Source: a virus. From it: a stretch of DNA of 64,000 nt. A model generated the notes under the pieces. It saw only the letters and a program-made list of their open reading frames with translations. It was not told where the DNA came from and did not search any database. The translations under genes and the position numbers were made by a program. The stretch covers positions 21,597 through 85,596 of the IMG/VR virus record IMGVR_UViG_3300013286_000009, one strand, 5' to 3'. Numbering within the stretch: the first letter of the stretch is position 1; each line of letters opens with the position of its first letter. Shown piece after piece: positions 31,201 through 41,272 of this stretch.

Positions 31201-34200
31201 CGTTAATAAATTAGTTCCAGATGTAGTGTTTGTTATTGTTACATTTACTAACGACGGAGCTACTGTAAAATTATTGACATCTATTATATCTTGAATATAA
31301 TAAGTTACCCCGTTACTTAATCCGCCCAGTGCAGTTCCGGTAAATTGAATTGGATAATTAACTACCATGTTTGTAGTAGATGCTGCCAGGTAGCTGGTGT
31401 TCGAACTAAAATTCATAACCATCGGTGACGCTGGTGGTGTAGCAGTACTTAGCGGCCACACAGTTCCAAAAATTTGCGAACTAATTTGAATAGTAACACT
31501 GTCAATAATTGCATACACGTAGTAGGTATATCCTGTGGTTACTGTACTAAACACCGGTGAAGTAAAAGTTATTGGGGTGTTTACTGCCAAACCAACTGTA
31601 CTTCCTACGGTCATTTGATTTATAGTTCCGCCTACAGTTGCAGTCACCGTGGTTTGTGCTAAAGATGTGCTGGTAACAGATGTTGTGTAGTATGTTGGTA
31701 TAAACTGTAAGGGCATTCCAACCCACAAAGTATTAGTATTATAAGAACCGTTTAATGTCATAACGTTTCCGGTAATATTGGTAGAAATAATAGGAATACT
31801 TGTGAACGATTCTTTTAATACATACGCAACTTTGGTGCTGGCATTGTAGTTTGAAATATAGCCGTATTGTCCTGCGCCAGTACCGTTATTGATAAACACT
31901 CGCATGCCAGTGTAGTTGGCCGCAGTATTGGTATCTGCTTGTGCAATTTGTATAGATACAGATGTACCAGCTTGTGCATTGTTGCTGGCTGTAAGATATC
32001 CTGTTCCGCCCGCGCCGGATCCTGGATCGGTGATGCGTGTTTGGAAAACCGACCAGCTTCGTGTCTCATCGCCGATGGTCGATACACCGGTACCGGAACC
32101 AGATACGTTGAAATTAGCATAAGCAGTAAAGTTTACATTCAACGTATCTGAATAAAAACTCGGAGCATAAGTGCTTGATGATATTTCAATTTGCGGAGCG
32201 TAGAAATAACTGTAAGTTCCAGCATTGCCGCTGGTGCCTTTTGGATAAATTCTAAAAGTAAGTTGGTTATTTAATCCTGAAGTATCGTTGATTGTAAACC
32301 ATAAACGATACCAACCTGCAACCAATGATTGTTGTGCTCCGTAATTTACTGGTAAGAATCCAGTAGCACTGCCAGGAGTCACTGTATTTGCTCCAAAGTT
32401 ATATGTAAGAGTGCTCGTACGTGTGCTAGTACCACTAAACTGTCCCCATAAATCTATACTTGATGCTGTACCAACATAGGTATAAACACTCAATGTGTAA
32501 TTTTGAGCACTGCCCGAGGGCACTGTTCCTGATACTGAAACAGTTAATATTGCACTACCTGTGATTGATTGAATAGTAAGATAACATTCATTTACTCCTG
32601 CTTTGCCGCCAAGCAAATTACCTGCTATCACCAATTGCTGAGATGTATTATAACCTGTACCACCGTTCGTCACTGCAACGGTATAGGCAGTACTTGTTAC
32701 GGTAACTGTTACAGTGGCATTGGATCCAGTACCAGCGCCGTAATTAGATGGTTGAATGCCAGTATACACCGCGCCTGCTGGATTAATAGTTATTGTTTGC
32801 TGTACATAGCCTGTTCCAGGAGTAGCCGATGTGCCAGTTAATGCCCATGCTTCTGTTAATCCTGTTGGAGCAGTATAAATTTTGTTAAGAGAAATATTGC
32901 CGTCGTTGGTCCACGGACTTGTTGTAAGCTGGTTACTATAAAATAGCATGTTTGTAGTAGTAGTGTTATAAGCACTCCCTGCATTGCTGTAATTTATTTT
33001 AATCAGCTGAGCGTTTGTTCCTAAACTACTTTGTACTTGTGCTTGTACCTGTGTACTTTGATTGTACACAATACCGGTAGCTGGTATTTCTGTAGAATCA
33101 AATCCTGTAGCTATCACACCGTATGTACCGTATGAACTATTGCCGTTGGTTGCACGAATACGACCTCCTGCTTCGGCAAGATATCCCGAGTATGCATAAT
33201 AAGAAAACACACTTACTGCTTCTGTTTTTGAATCCGGACCGTAGCACCATATACCAATGCCGTCACTAATAATTTGTGTAAAATCATTCGACGTCATTGA
33301 TTTATTTCCGCCATTGTGCAAGGTACCATCGATCTTCATACCCGAGCACCCGTTACCGAATGTGGTAACGTTTTGTACATAGGGGCTACGACGGAAAATC
33401 CATACACTGGAATCATTTGGGCCTGTTCCTGGATCAAATGCACAATAAGATCCGCCGGTTGGACGTTGAATATAATTTGCATCAACCGCACTCAAAGTAC
33501 CTAACAGTCCTACTAGAGTCACATTACGTAATCCAGTAGCATTTCGCAAACGGAACATGTCTTTTAAACAATCGCCTGCATACGCATACATGACTGTACT
33601 GGCCGCTACTGTTCCAGACCCTGAAGTAAGTGTTACTGGCGCACCAGTAGCTGTGATAGTAGTGTTTACTATTGTAGTTGAACCTAACTGATTAACAGTT
33701 ATAGTATTTGCCACTGCATTAGTAGCCGCAATTCCGATTCCAGTAATAATTGTATTAGCTGGCAATCCGCTGCCAGTAAGAATCGCACCGACTACTAAAC
33801 CGTTTATATTTACAACATCGGTAATTACATAGCTGTTTAGCGTTACTGTTCCTACAAAAGTAGTAGTCGCACTGGCTACAATACCAAATTTTGTTGAAGT
33901 AATTGTTGAACCTTTAACATAATAAGTCTGGCCAAGAGTAACTCCTCCAAATCCAGTAAATGACAAACTAGTGTTAATATTTGGATCAACAAATTGCACT
34001 GGCATTTGATCGGTAAGGCCAGTAGTAGAGTTTACTGTGAATAAACTTGTGTCGCAAGAATACACAGTCATTGTTATACTAGTTGCAGGTTGTATTACTA
34101 CTCCGCGTAATTCGTCTCCTATAACAGCAGTGTTTTCAGGAATTGCAATTGGCAATGTTTCAGAATATGTGCCTGTCTTGACAAAAATACTGGCTGTAAG

Positions 34201-36363
34201 TCCATTATTTTGTGGAGGAACAGCTTGTGTACTTGCTGTAGACAATGCTGTATATAGTATAGAAAATAAACTTGCTATACTAGCGGTTGCTGAAATTTCT
34301 GTGCCAAATGCTCCGCCGTTGTTAGCCGAAGTCACTTGGTATACTAAATTGCTAGCAATAACGTTATTAAGAGATTGATAATTTTGAGATGGAGTACCAC
34401 CATTCAATGCGCTATTGATGAGACTAAGAAGCTGATTAAGAATTGGCAAATAGTAAGGCACATCTGCTGTAACTGCGGCATTAAAAAATTGATTTGTACT
34501 ACCGTATTGAAAATATGCCAACGTGGTTGCTACTGTTTGACTGTTGCCGCCGCGTGTTAAATCATAAACAAATGCATCAAGTATAAATCCAGCATCTCTC
34601 ACAGTTTTTGTTCTATCTAACACATAAGAACTTGTAAAAGGAGAAAGATTATTAGTAACCTGGTATGCTACCCAATTTACTAATTCAGTTGTAATCCAAG
34701 TATGGTTTGCATTAATTGAATTTGCAGACAACGGATATAATACACCGTTACTGATAAAATTACATGCATATCTAATAGTTTTCCAAGGCTGATCCCAAGA
34801 AGTTCCGTAATCTGCACGGTCTATTCCTGTAGGTGCAACATAGTATACATATGGAACAGTATTAATTTTTGTCCAAGTTGGAGTATTATTTGTACTTCTT
34901 AAAACATAACTGTTAGAACTGAGTGGTATAGCATTGTAGCCTCCCACTGTGCTACTATAAATTTCAATGTCACCTTGTGTATTCATCGCATTTTTTCTTG
35001 CGTGAGCTATGAAAGTAGTCCAGTATGTATTTGTTAGATCATTATCAGGGCGTGTTAAAACAGCCGCAGTATGACGTTGTGTACAAATATATGTGGAATT
35101 TTGCCAAATAGCAAGATCGCCGATGGCATAAGTGGTCCCACTCGCCCATGTTTTAGTCCAATAGGATCCGGTTACAACTAATTTCCAATAAACGTAATTT
35201 ACACCAACAAAATTTAAAAACTGGCTATTTGTTAATGTACCGTCTGGTGCTTTGTTCAGTACTATGGTATTTGAATTGATTGCCGCAACAACCTGGCCTT
35301 GTGTAATGCCTACACCAATTACGTTCATACCTAATTGGATGCCTGCCGTGTTAAGAACGTTTACATTTACGCCACTGCTACCGGTAGAATTATAAGTCTG
35401 TTGTATTACAAATGCTACTGGGTCTTGTCCGCTGTTATCCGATACTGCTACAAACACTTGTCCGTTTCTTCTGATGATACTTCCAACTTTGTAAGTATCC
35501 ACCGATGTCCAATCACTTCGTATTTCGTACCCTTGATTTAATAAGGTCCAATCAACTGCATCAAGTGACGGAACATTATTTAAATTGTTGGCTGTGGCAC
35601 TTATGTAATCATAACCGCCATAGCTGACTACATCTCCAAGTTGGAATGTCTTACTTGAACTCCAGGTAGAAAAACTACCTTGCCCGGGAAGATATATAGT
35701 CCATTTAGCTGGAGTAAATGTTGCATCGGCATTGTAAGTTATACAGGTATAAAGATCAACATCTAATTTAACAATATCGTTGATCTTGTATCGAGTAGCA
35801 CTTGCCCAAGCGCCCTTATATTCAATACCGTTTTCAACAATAGTCCAGTTTGATTGGTTGGCTTCTAAGCCCAATAACGTTGTAGCGGCACTTGTGTGAT
35901 TTGCCACACACTCATATACAATACCGCCGTATTTGACCAAATCGTTGACACCATAAACATAATTTGGAAGCCATCCAGCAGATCGCCATGCAGTAAATGT
36001 TGTATAGATAGTCCAGTAACTACTTTGCAAAGCAAATGTTGTACTGGTATGCTGTGTATTGGCATAGTAAACTACTCCGCCAAAAATAACTAAATTACCT
36101 AGACTATAAACAGTACTGGTAGCCCAGTTTCCTAAAAATGTTTTACCATCTACTACTAAATTCCAATAAGGAGTTTGAGCTCCGGTTCCGCTTACTTTAT
36201 ATAAGTCGCTATAAAAACTCGAGACGTCTGAAGTATTTGGTAATAAACAGACATACGTTTTACCTTGATATGAAACTACATCGTCGCGGGCGTATGCTGT
36301 TGCTGGCGTCCATACACCTTTCCAACTAAAACGCAATCTTCCAATTTTAAATTCTGATGCCAT
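28237..36363 (-). CDS. Giant modular virion/fibre protein (2708 aa), paralog of the 3706-aa protein
   Basis: MASEFKIGRLRF versus MAEFKLGRIKF. Shared GDELR, LHNGGNKSM, RIRATNGNSSYGTYGV, TSTDQDGNF.VG.LFGVQQATG and PTQKA motifs. Confidence 0.8.
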   Translation of the reverse strand: MASEFKIGRLRFSWKGVWTPATAYARDDVVSYQGKTYVCLLPNTSDVSSFYSDLYKVSGTGAQTPYWNLVVDGKTFLGNWATSTVYSLGNLVIFGGVVYYANTQHTSTTFALQSSYWTIYTTFTAWRSAGWLPNYVYGVNDLVKYGGIVYECVANHTSAATTLLGLEANQSNWTIVENGIEYKGAWASATRYKINDIVKLDVDLYTCITYNADATFTPAKWTIYLPGQGSFSTWSSSKTFQLGDVVSYGGYDYISATANNLNNVPSLDAVDWTLLNQGYEIRSDWTSVDTYKVGSIIRRNGQVFVAVSDNSGQDPVAFVIQQTYNSTGSSGVNVNVLNTAGIQLGMNVIGVGITQGQVVAAINSNTIVLNKAPDGTLTNSQFLNFVGVNYVYWKLVVTGSYWTKTWASGTTYAIGDLAIWQNSTYICTQRHTAAVLTRPDNDLTNTYWTTFIAHARKNAMNTQGDIEIYSSTVGGYNAIPLSSNSYVLRSTNNTPTWTKINTVPYVYYVAPTGIDRADYGTSWDQPWKTIRYACNFISNGVLYPLSANSINANHTWITTELVNWVAYQVTNNLSPFTSSYVLDRTKTVRDAGFILDAFVYDLTRGGNSQTVATTLAYFQYGSTNQFFNAAVTADVPYYLPILNQLLSLINSALNGGTPSQNYQSLNNVIASNLVYQVTSANNGGAFGTEISATASIASLFSILYTALSTASTQAVPPQNNGLTASIFVKTGTYSETLPIAIPENTAVIGDELRGVVIQPATSITMTVYSCDTSLFTVNSTTGLTDQMPVQFVDPNINTSLSFTGFGGVTLGQTYYVKGSTITSTKFGIVASATTTFVGTVTLNSYVITDVVNINGLVVGAILTGSGLPANTIITGIGIAATNAVANTITVNQLGSTTIVNTTITATGAPVTLTSGSGTVAASTVMYAYAGDCLKDMFRLRNATGLRNVTLVGLLGTLSAVDANYIQRPTGGSYCAFDPGTGPNDSSVWIFRRSPYVQNVTTFGNGCSGMKIDGTLHNGGNKSMTSNDFTQIISDGIGIWCYGPDSKTEAVSVFSYYAYSGYLAEAGGRIRATNGNSSYGTYGVIATGFDSTEIPATGIVYNQSTQVQAQVQSSLGTNAQLIKINYSNAGSAYNTTTTNMLFYSNQLTTSPWTNDGNISLNKIYTAPTGLTEAWALTGTSATPGTGYVQQTITINPAGAVYTGIQPSNYGAGTGSNATVTVTVTSTAYTVAVTNGGTGYNTSQQLVIAGNLLGGKAGVNECYLTIQSITGSAILTVSVSGTVPSGSAQNYTLSVYTYVGTASSIDLWGQFSGTSTRTSTLTYNFGANTVTPGSATGFLPVNYGAQQSLVAGWYRLWFTINDTSGLNNQLTFRIYPKGTSGNAGTYSYFYAPQIEISSSTYAPSFYSDTLNVNFTAYANFNVSGSGTGVSTIGDETRSWSVFQTRITDPGSGAGGTGYLTASNNAQAGTSVSIQIAQADTNTAANYTGMRVFINNGTGAGQYGYISNYNASTKVAYVLKESFTSIPIISTNITGNVMTLNGSYNTNTLWVGMPLQFIPTYYTTSVTSTSLAQTTVTATVGGTINQMTVGSTVGLAVNTPITFTSPVFSTVTTGYTYYVYAIIDSVTIQISSQIFGTVWPLSTATPPASPMVMNFSSNTSYLAASTTNMVVNYPIQFTGTALGGLSNGVTYYIQDIIDVNNFTVAPSLVNVTITNTTSGTNLLTVSTTSSLTPLNPIIFSGTVYGNIVESTKYYISSIVDNTTFTIASNIINLNITATYLTTNLIYAVGSNVTASLVIGQPIIFVGNTFGSGLTAETTYYILVINDANTFTVSQTPSGSVVPLNTVSGTSILTGSCTGKTAGASFSLLTASGSMVGTTTAKKSTLTLAIGSMNATFSTQLFGGSNITAGTTYYINTIPSSSTITVTTTQGSGTPVTLASKTGSMNLAALGWDHVTPGQPSVNPDSSSIYYIEPRTTFTAPGFYQATATSPITLPLSATYSAMAYGNNYWMALGNANTTAAVSTDASTWTSIVLPLSATWTALAYGNNYWVAINSTSATAVYSNSNGIGWRKSTLPSNTTWNTIAFGSGKFVALATASSAAAVSTTYGATWTSSTLPASAAWTSVTYGANLFVAVSNGSNNLSVSGATGSGTVATLTFTSAQATAPYAVGQIITVTGINQNGYNGTQTVTYCDTTTVRYFNGTSTTGGAGTITSNSLAAYSTDGITWTTSNLPSSSTWSSIAYGQGRFTAVASTTAYPAYSFDGKTWYTATIPIAADKIAYGQGVFLAISASSTTAWTSESSLDWSQQSVPSASYTALAFGFTGTYYNGTFSALAGSSTAIYMSAGCRTKGRGNITSGVITSISEFEPGSGYTSSISIFGPQIPTVTFTDPNVTSLAVVTPRISNGVLASPTFVNRGSGYNSNSTLIYITGNGYADQYQTGLSIILNNLTRLPSPGDSLTVAGVSTAYKVTSAYAVYGTTVPNLEANVSLSPSVSVANAVANGTTIQIRSKYSQARLTNHDFLNIGYGDFITSNYPGFPANGYVALYQNQTVEANYGRVFYTSTDQDGNFKVGSLFGVQQATGVITLSASQFGLTGLNTLSLGGIAVGGSSVVITQFSTDSTFTANSDSVLPTQKAVKTYLASRLSQGGSNTSTGQLTAGTVTVGNPNYIRSTLATGSVKMGSKVMFQGAGASVDGNMAAFDFFARNAFRRN

Positions 36364-36375
36364 TTGAATATCCTA

Positions 36376-36756
36376 TTAATTTGAACTAACGATTTGTGCG
36401 ACTGAATATGTGTACACTTGATTAATACGCACTACTAGTTGTCCTTGACTATCTATATAATAATAACAATTTTTATTGTCCCAACGATACTGATCAAAGT
36501 ATAAATTAGGATAAGGACGACTATGATCTGTTGCTAGCCGTCCATCGAAGAAATCTACGCCATATTCAAAGTTTTCAAAATTTCCGCTATTAGGGCCAGC
36601 TACGTTTAAATTAAAAGATGCTGTGCTAGTTAACTGATCTACTTTTTCAAAATACAATGTACCATCATCTGATCTTCGTAGTCCGTAAAAAAATCTAGGA
36701 CTATCTCCAAGAATATCGTTTAACGATGTATCGCCTATGTAATAATTTCCGCTCAT
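36376..36756 (-). CDS. Hypothetical protein (fibre module)
   Basis: 126-aa ORF with an AGGA SD. FFYGLRRSDDGTLYF and YYIDSQGQLVVRIN motifs. Confidence 0.7.
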   Translation of the reverse strand: MSGNYYIGDTSLNDILGDSPRFFYGLRRSDDGTLYFEKVDQLTSTASFNLNVAGPNSGNFENFEYGVDFFDGRLATDHSRPYPNLYFDQYRWDNKNCYYYIDSQGQLVVRINQVYTYSVAQIVSSN

Positions 36757-36767
36757 AATATTAATCC

Positions 36768-37325
36768 TTAAACAATTTCAACCAAACTTACAACAGCATC
36801 TACGCTGGCCGCTGTGTTGGAGACGATACTTAATGTGTTACTTCCGCCTAATACTAAGCGTTCTCCGCCGTTGATAACCCGCAAACTTTGATTTGGTGGA
36901 ATTACTACATCTTTAATATAGTATGCACTGATAGCGGTGGCATCTGTGAAACTTACAACTATAGCTGTAGAAGCAGATCCTGCTGAAGCATTTTGGCTCA
37001 TAGTGATTGTTCCAGCGGCTATGTTAAAACTGCTGACTGTGGTCAATGCTGGAATATAACCAACAGATGTAAGAGCCGCTCCATTTTGTATTTCACTGAA
37101 TGTGTTTACATTACTAATAGTTGGGCTACCACTTACAAATGTTCCTGTAAAAGTTGATGTTGGACCCGGATCAGTAACAATTACACTAACTGTAATAAAA
37201 CCGCTGGTAATATTTGCAAGACTGATGCCTAATACAGTAGTTCTCACGTTACTGCTTGCTGTATAAACAATAGTTGCTGTTGTTCCAAGAGCCGGGCTTA
37301 ATGCATTTTTAAATGTGGTTGCCAT
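36768..37325 (-). CDS. Small virion adaptor-like protein with an inserted module
   Basis: MATTFKN...VLGISLAN N-terminus and IPPNQSL...GGERLVL C-terminus flank an extra beta-rich segment of about 70 aa. Confidence 0.7.
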   Translation of the reverse strand: MATTFKNALSPALGTTATIVYTASSNVRTTVLGISLANITSGFITVSVIVTDPGPTSTFTGTFVSGSPTISNVNTFSEIQNGAALTSVGYIPALTTVSSFNIAAGTITMSQNASAGSASTAIVVSFTDATAISAYYIKDVVIPPNQSLRVINGGERLVLGGSNTLSIVSNTAASVDAVVSLVEIV

Positions 37326-37329
37326 GTTA

Positions 37330-38820
37330 TTATCCTAATGTTAGTGCCCACTGGACACTGATGTCTGACGCTTGGCTAACTGTAATACCACTTTGTACAC
37401 CAGCAACACTGGTCCATGCAGAACCGTTATAAATTTCAACAGCAAGTGAGCTGTTGTCAGTGTTAAATCGTATCATTCCAGTTGTTGGAATACTTGGGCG
37501 CTGTAATGTTGTTCCTGACGGAATAACAACTCCGTTAGTTCCGCCAATATTGACATAACCAGAAACAGTTCCTGTAATACTTGTACTAATACCTAAGGCT
37601 TGTGCTGGAGTTACATAATATGTTCCTGCTCCGCCTGTGCCTGTTAATAGTGCAGTAATAATAGTTCCGCTTGTAACTCCGGATCCTGTTAAAATCATGC
37701 CTTTGTAAATTGTGGCTGTCGGTGTTCCAGTTACAGTTAATACCGTTGGTGTTACTGTGATAGTTGTATTAGCTTGAGTTAAGTAGTTATTAATTTGCCA
37801 CTGACTGCCGTTACCAGATCCTGCAATATTGGCTACAATATATGTGCCTGCTGGCAAACTTCCGCCGCTTATTACTTGTCCGATGGCAATTGTTCCGCCA
37901 GGCACTGAGTTAACAGTTAATGTTGTTCCGCTTGTACTTCCTGAAAAAGTAAAAGTTGATCCAAGAGCAATAGTCCCATTAAAAGTTGAACTTGAAGTTT
38001 GCTGTTGGAAATTTGAAATAGCATTTGGAGTGGTGTTTTGTATAGTGTTTCCACTGATTCTAAAATTACCAATGTTTACTCCGGCAGCACCAGTTGTTAT
38101 AATCGAAATATCTTGATTGTTGGCAGTATTTGTTATACTATTGCCAGAAAATGTAAAGTTAGCTGTGCTTAAATTGCTAGCAGAAAAAGTATTTAATGTT
38201 AAGGTATTAGCATATACGTTTGCCCATTGTAAACTATTGCTACCTAAATTATATGTGTTTGTGGTCGCAGGTAAAATATTACTGCTAACACCTGCGGTAA
38301 TAGCCACAGTATCGGTCGTTGCATCACCAATTTGAATATTTCCTGCAACTGTAAGTACCCCCTGTACAGTTAAATTACCGGCAGTATTAAAGTTGCCGTT
38401 TACTGTTAAATTACCATTTACTGTTGTTGCACCGGTACCCGATGTAGTGAATACAATGTTTTGATTGTAGCTGATTGTGCTAATTGTACTACCAGTAAGT
38501 TGTAGATTACCTACTTGCAAAATGCCTTGATACACTACAGGATTTGCGCCGCTGGCTGATAAATTTATAGTGCCGCTTGTACTAGTGATGTTGTTAGAGC
38601 TGAAACTAATGGTGCCAAGCGTAGCTGTACCACTAGCATTTAAATTAGTAGTTCGTATTGTACCAACTACTTGAAGGTCGTCTGAAGGAGTGCTGGTATT
38701 AATACCTACACGGCGATTGGTAACATCCAAGTATAATAAGTTCGTCTCAAAAGCTAAATCTACACCATTACGAAGTAGATTCGATTTTAAGAGCGGACCC
38801 GAAATTCGACCTAAGGCCAT
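37330..38820 (-). CDS. Fibre-like virion structural protein
   Basis: GRISGPLL..NL N-terminus, beta-rich repeats, C-terminal IPSGTT.QRP...GMIRFNT...EIYNG..W. Confidence 0.75.
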   Translation of the reverse strand: MALGRISGPLLKSNLLRNGVDLAFETNLLYLDVTNRRVGINTSTPSDDLQVVGTIRTTNLNASGTATLGTISFSSNNITSTSGTINLSASGANPVVYQGILQVGNLQLTGSTISTISYNQNIVFTTSGTGATTVNGNLTVNGNFNTAGNLTVQGVLTVAGNIQIGDATTDTVAITAGVSSNILPATTNTYNLGSNSLQWANVYANTLTLNTFSASNLSTANFTFSGNSITNTANNQDISIITTGAAGVNIGNFRISGNTIQNTTPNAISNFQQQTSSSTFNGTIALGSTFTFSGSTSGTTLTVNSVPGGTIAIGQVISGGSLPAGTYIVANIAGSGNGSQWQINNYLTQANTTITVTPTVLTVTGTPTATIYKGMILTGSGVTSGTIITALLTGTGGAGTYYVTPAQALGISTSITGTVSGYVNIGGTNGVVIPSGTTLQRPSIPTTGMIRFNTDNSSLAVEIYNGSAWTSVAGVQSGITVSQASDISVQWALTLG

Positions 38821-38829
38821 GTACTCTCC

Positions 38830-38912
38830 TCAAACCCCGTGTTTCACGGTTAACCACCTTGCATTGCGGGTTTACCACAGTTTAATATCGGGAATTTTGG
38901 TCAAACTCCACA
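38830..38912 (-). ncRNA. Candidate structured (pseudoknotted) 5' leader RNA
   Basis: Minus strand: GGAGUUU/AAAUUCC hairpin, CCGUG-AAA-CACGG hairpin, UGACCA complementary to UGGUUA, AAACC complementary to GGUUU next to the SD. Confidence 0.5.
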
Positions 38913-38919
38913 GTAATAG

Positions 38920-38926
38920 TATTTAG
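38920..38926 (-). promoter_or_regulatory. Late promoter (CTAAATA)
   Basis: TAAATA core directly upstream of the structured leader of 37330..38820. Confidence 0.55.
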
Positions 38927-38938
38927 CGGATTGGGTTT

Positions 38939-40060
38939 TTAACCTAGTATAATGTCGTAAATGACACTAAGATCTGCGGCGTCTGTAGCTGATGTAGAAG
39001 CTCCTGAGCCGATAGCCGCTTGCCAACTTGAACCGTTATAAATTTCCAAATACTGTAAAGTAGAGTTATAACGAGTCATGCCAACAGTTGCTGGTATACG
39101 TTGTGCGGTAGTTCCTGAAGGAATTACCAGGGCTGTTACATTATTAAAATCCCAATAACCATCACTTGTCGAAAGCAAATTATAAGGTTGATTAGTTGAG
39201 TTAATAACATCGTTAGCTGAAAACGGATATATTCCGTTAAGACTAACTTTGCCTGTTCCCGTTGTTGTAAACGTAATATCTTGCGTTGGATTAACGCTAC
39301 TAATTGTGTAACCTGTAAATCGTATTCCGCCGGCATTTAGGGTTGTTGCAGTAGTTGACGATACTCCGCTAGCAGTTGTAGCGTAGAGATTATTCCATTG
39401 TAAACTAGAACTACCTAATGTGTCAGTATTAGTGATACTGGGTATTAAGTCACTAGTTAGTTCAGCAGTAAAACTTACAGTATCTGTTGTTTGGTCGCCA
39501 ATATTAATAACACCTGTTGCTGATAAATTTCCGGTGACATATCCGTTGCCCGTAATAGTAGTTAAAGATCCTGAGCCGGTAACTGCTCCGTCGCCTGTCC
39601 AATTTACAATAGCTGTACCGGACGGTGAAAGATTAATATTAGAATTGGTTGTTGGTGTGTAGATTCCGTTAATATTATCTACATAAATGCCTAAAACACC
39701 AACTCCGCTTGCAATAATAGTAGGAGTACTTGCTTGATTTGGAGATACAGTTAGTGTTGCATTAAGGGCATCGCTGATAGTATTTCCGCTGATGGTCCAG
39801 TTGTTATTAGTAAATGCTGTATCAACTTTTAAGTTTGTGGTACGTATTCCATTAGCACCTCCAAGAAATAATGCAGTAGGACTGGTGCCGTAATTATTGA
39901 TACCGATGCGCTTATTAGTAACATCAAAATATAATAAATCAGTATCGAAACTTAAATCGCCGGCTTGAGAATTTTCAAAATTAGCAAGATTATCGGCTAA
40001 TAGTGGGCCGCTTATTCTTCCTAAACTTGCGGCATAATCTGGAGTTATATCCGCTGCCAT
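38939..40060 (-). CDS. Fibre-like virion structural protein, paralog of 37330..38820
   Basis: LGRISGPLL.DNL, DL.F.T.LLY.DVTN.R.GIN, C-terminal IPSGTTAQR...GMTRYNS...EIYNG..W. Confidence 0.75.
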   Translation of the reverse strand: MAADITPDYAASLGRISGPLLADNLANFENSQAGDLSFDTDLLYFDVTNKRIGINNYGTSPTALFLGGANGIRTTNLKVDTAFTNNNWTISGNTISDALNATLTVSPNQASTPTIIASGVGVLGIYVDNINGIYTPTTNSNINLSPSGTAIVNWTGDGAVTGSGSLTTITGNGYVTGNLSATGVINIGDQTTDTVSFTAELTSDLIPSITNTDTLGSSSLQWNNLYATTASGVSSTTATTLNAGGIRFTGYTISSVNPTQDITFTTTGTGKVSLNGIYPFSANDVINSTNQPYNLLSTSDGYWDFNNVTALVIPSGTTAQRIPATVGMTRYNSTLQYLEIYNGSSWQAAIGSGASTSATDAADLSVIYDIILG

Positions 40061-40075
40061 ATGCTGTTCCTAGTA

Positions 40076-41272
40076 TTATTGGTCAAAACCTGACAATACT
40101 GTTACAGGTTTTCCTAAGGGAACTGCGCTGGTAAATCTAATATAATAGCCTGCTGGTCTACTAGATTGTATTGCACGATTAGCGGCAATAGCACCGGTAG
40201 TTGGATTGTTGATTGTAATTGTATTTGTTGTTGTATTAACACTGGTTACTGTGGTGCTTGCCGCAAAAACTGCGCTACTTGCTGAACTTGTAAACACCAT
40301 TGCTCCAGTAGGTGTACTGTCTGGAGTTGAACTGAGTACTACAATATTACTTCCACTCGTACTTACCACAGTTTGAAAGCTATCAAAACCAATACCGTTA
40401 ACATACATGCCAGCAGTAATACCTGCGTTACTTGCAACAAGTAAATTTGCTCCGTTAGAGCCCGGGCTTGATCCTGCAACATCAAATGTTAATGTTCCTA
40501 TAGGTTGTGTATTTGCCACAGCGTTTAATACAATAGTCCAACTTCCGCCGCCGCTATTGGTAGCTGATTGCACATATTGATTACTGTTAAAACCAGTTCC
40601 TACTATACGTTGTCCTACGACGATTGCTGTACCAGTAAAGCTGGTTACAGTCATAGTAGTTGATACAACTCCGCCTGTATTATAAGTTGCCGTGTTAGCC
40701 ACTATATTAACTGTTGTACTAACTGTTGTCGTAGGAGCCGCAGTGGATAATGTATCTCCTACATTGATATCAAGTACTGTTGAAAGAATCAATTGAGTCG
40801 ATGACGTGCCAGCCAATGTTGTGACAACTGATTCAACAATTGGATTTTGAGCAAGAAGATAATTTGTTACTGCAATTTGCAATACGTTTTCTACTACCAC
40901 TATTAAATTTTGTGGCCCAAAAGTTGCGCCGCTTTGTACTTGACTTGGAAAAGTTCCTGCCGATAACGGCCCAAATAATGTGTTAAGTGCATTACCATTA
41001 CCCAATGTTTGTTGTGTAATTGCTGTTGATTCTTTGAATCTTAAGGCACGCCATCCTGTTGCTTGATATACCATAACTTGGTTAGTTGTTGTATCATAAC
41101 GCATCATACCAGTTGAAGGAGCACTGGGTTGACTACCAGTAGGTCCGTTTGGCAATACCAAACTTCCTTGTCCAACAGGGCTGACATAAACGTTAGCTCG
41201 TGCGGCATCAGAATACAATGTTGTATTATTTGCGCTTCTTCTATCTAGTGCTTGACGTTTTAAAAATCTCAT
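40076..41272 (-). CDS. Virion structural protein with inserted beta-rich modules
   Basis: LPNG...GMMRYDT module, VVVENVLQ, C-terminal FTSAVPLGKPVTVLSGFD. Thr-rich centre. Confidence 0.7.
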   Translation of the reverse strand: MRFLKRQALDRRSANNTTLYSDAARANVYVSPVGQGSLVLPNGPTGSQPSAPSTGMMRYDTTTNQVMVYQATGWRALRFKESTAITQQTLGNGNALNTLFGPLSAGTFPSQVQSGATFGPQNLIVVVENVLQIAVTNYLLAQNPIVESVVTTLAGTSSTQLILSTVLDINVGDTLSTAAPTTTVSTTVNIVANTATYNTGGVVSTTMTVTSFTGTAIVVGQRIVGTGFNSNQYVQSATNSGGGSWTIVLNAVANTQPIGTLTFDVAGSSPGSNGANLLVASNAGITAGMYVNGIGFDSFQTVVSTSGSNIVVLSSTPDSTPTGAMVFTSSASSAVFAASTTVTSVNTTTNTITINNPTTGAIAANRAIQSSRPAGYYIRFTSAVPLGKPVTVLSGFDQ

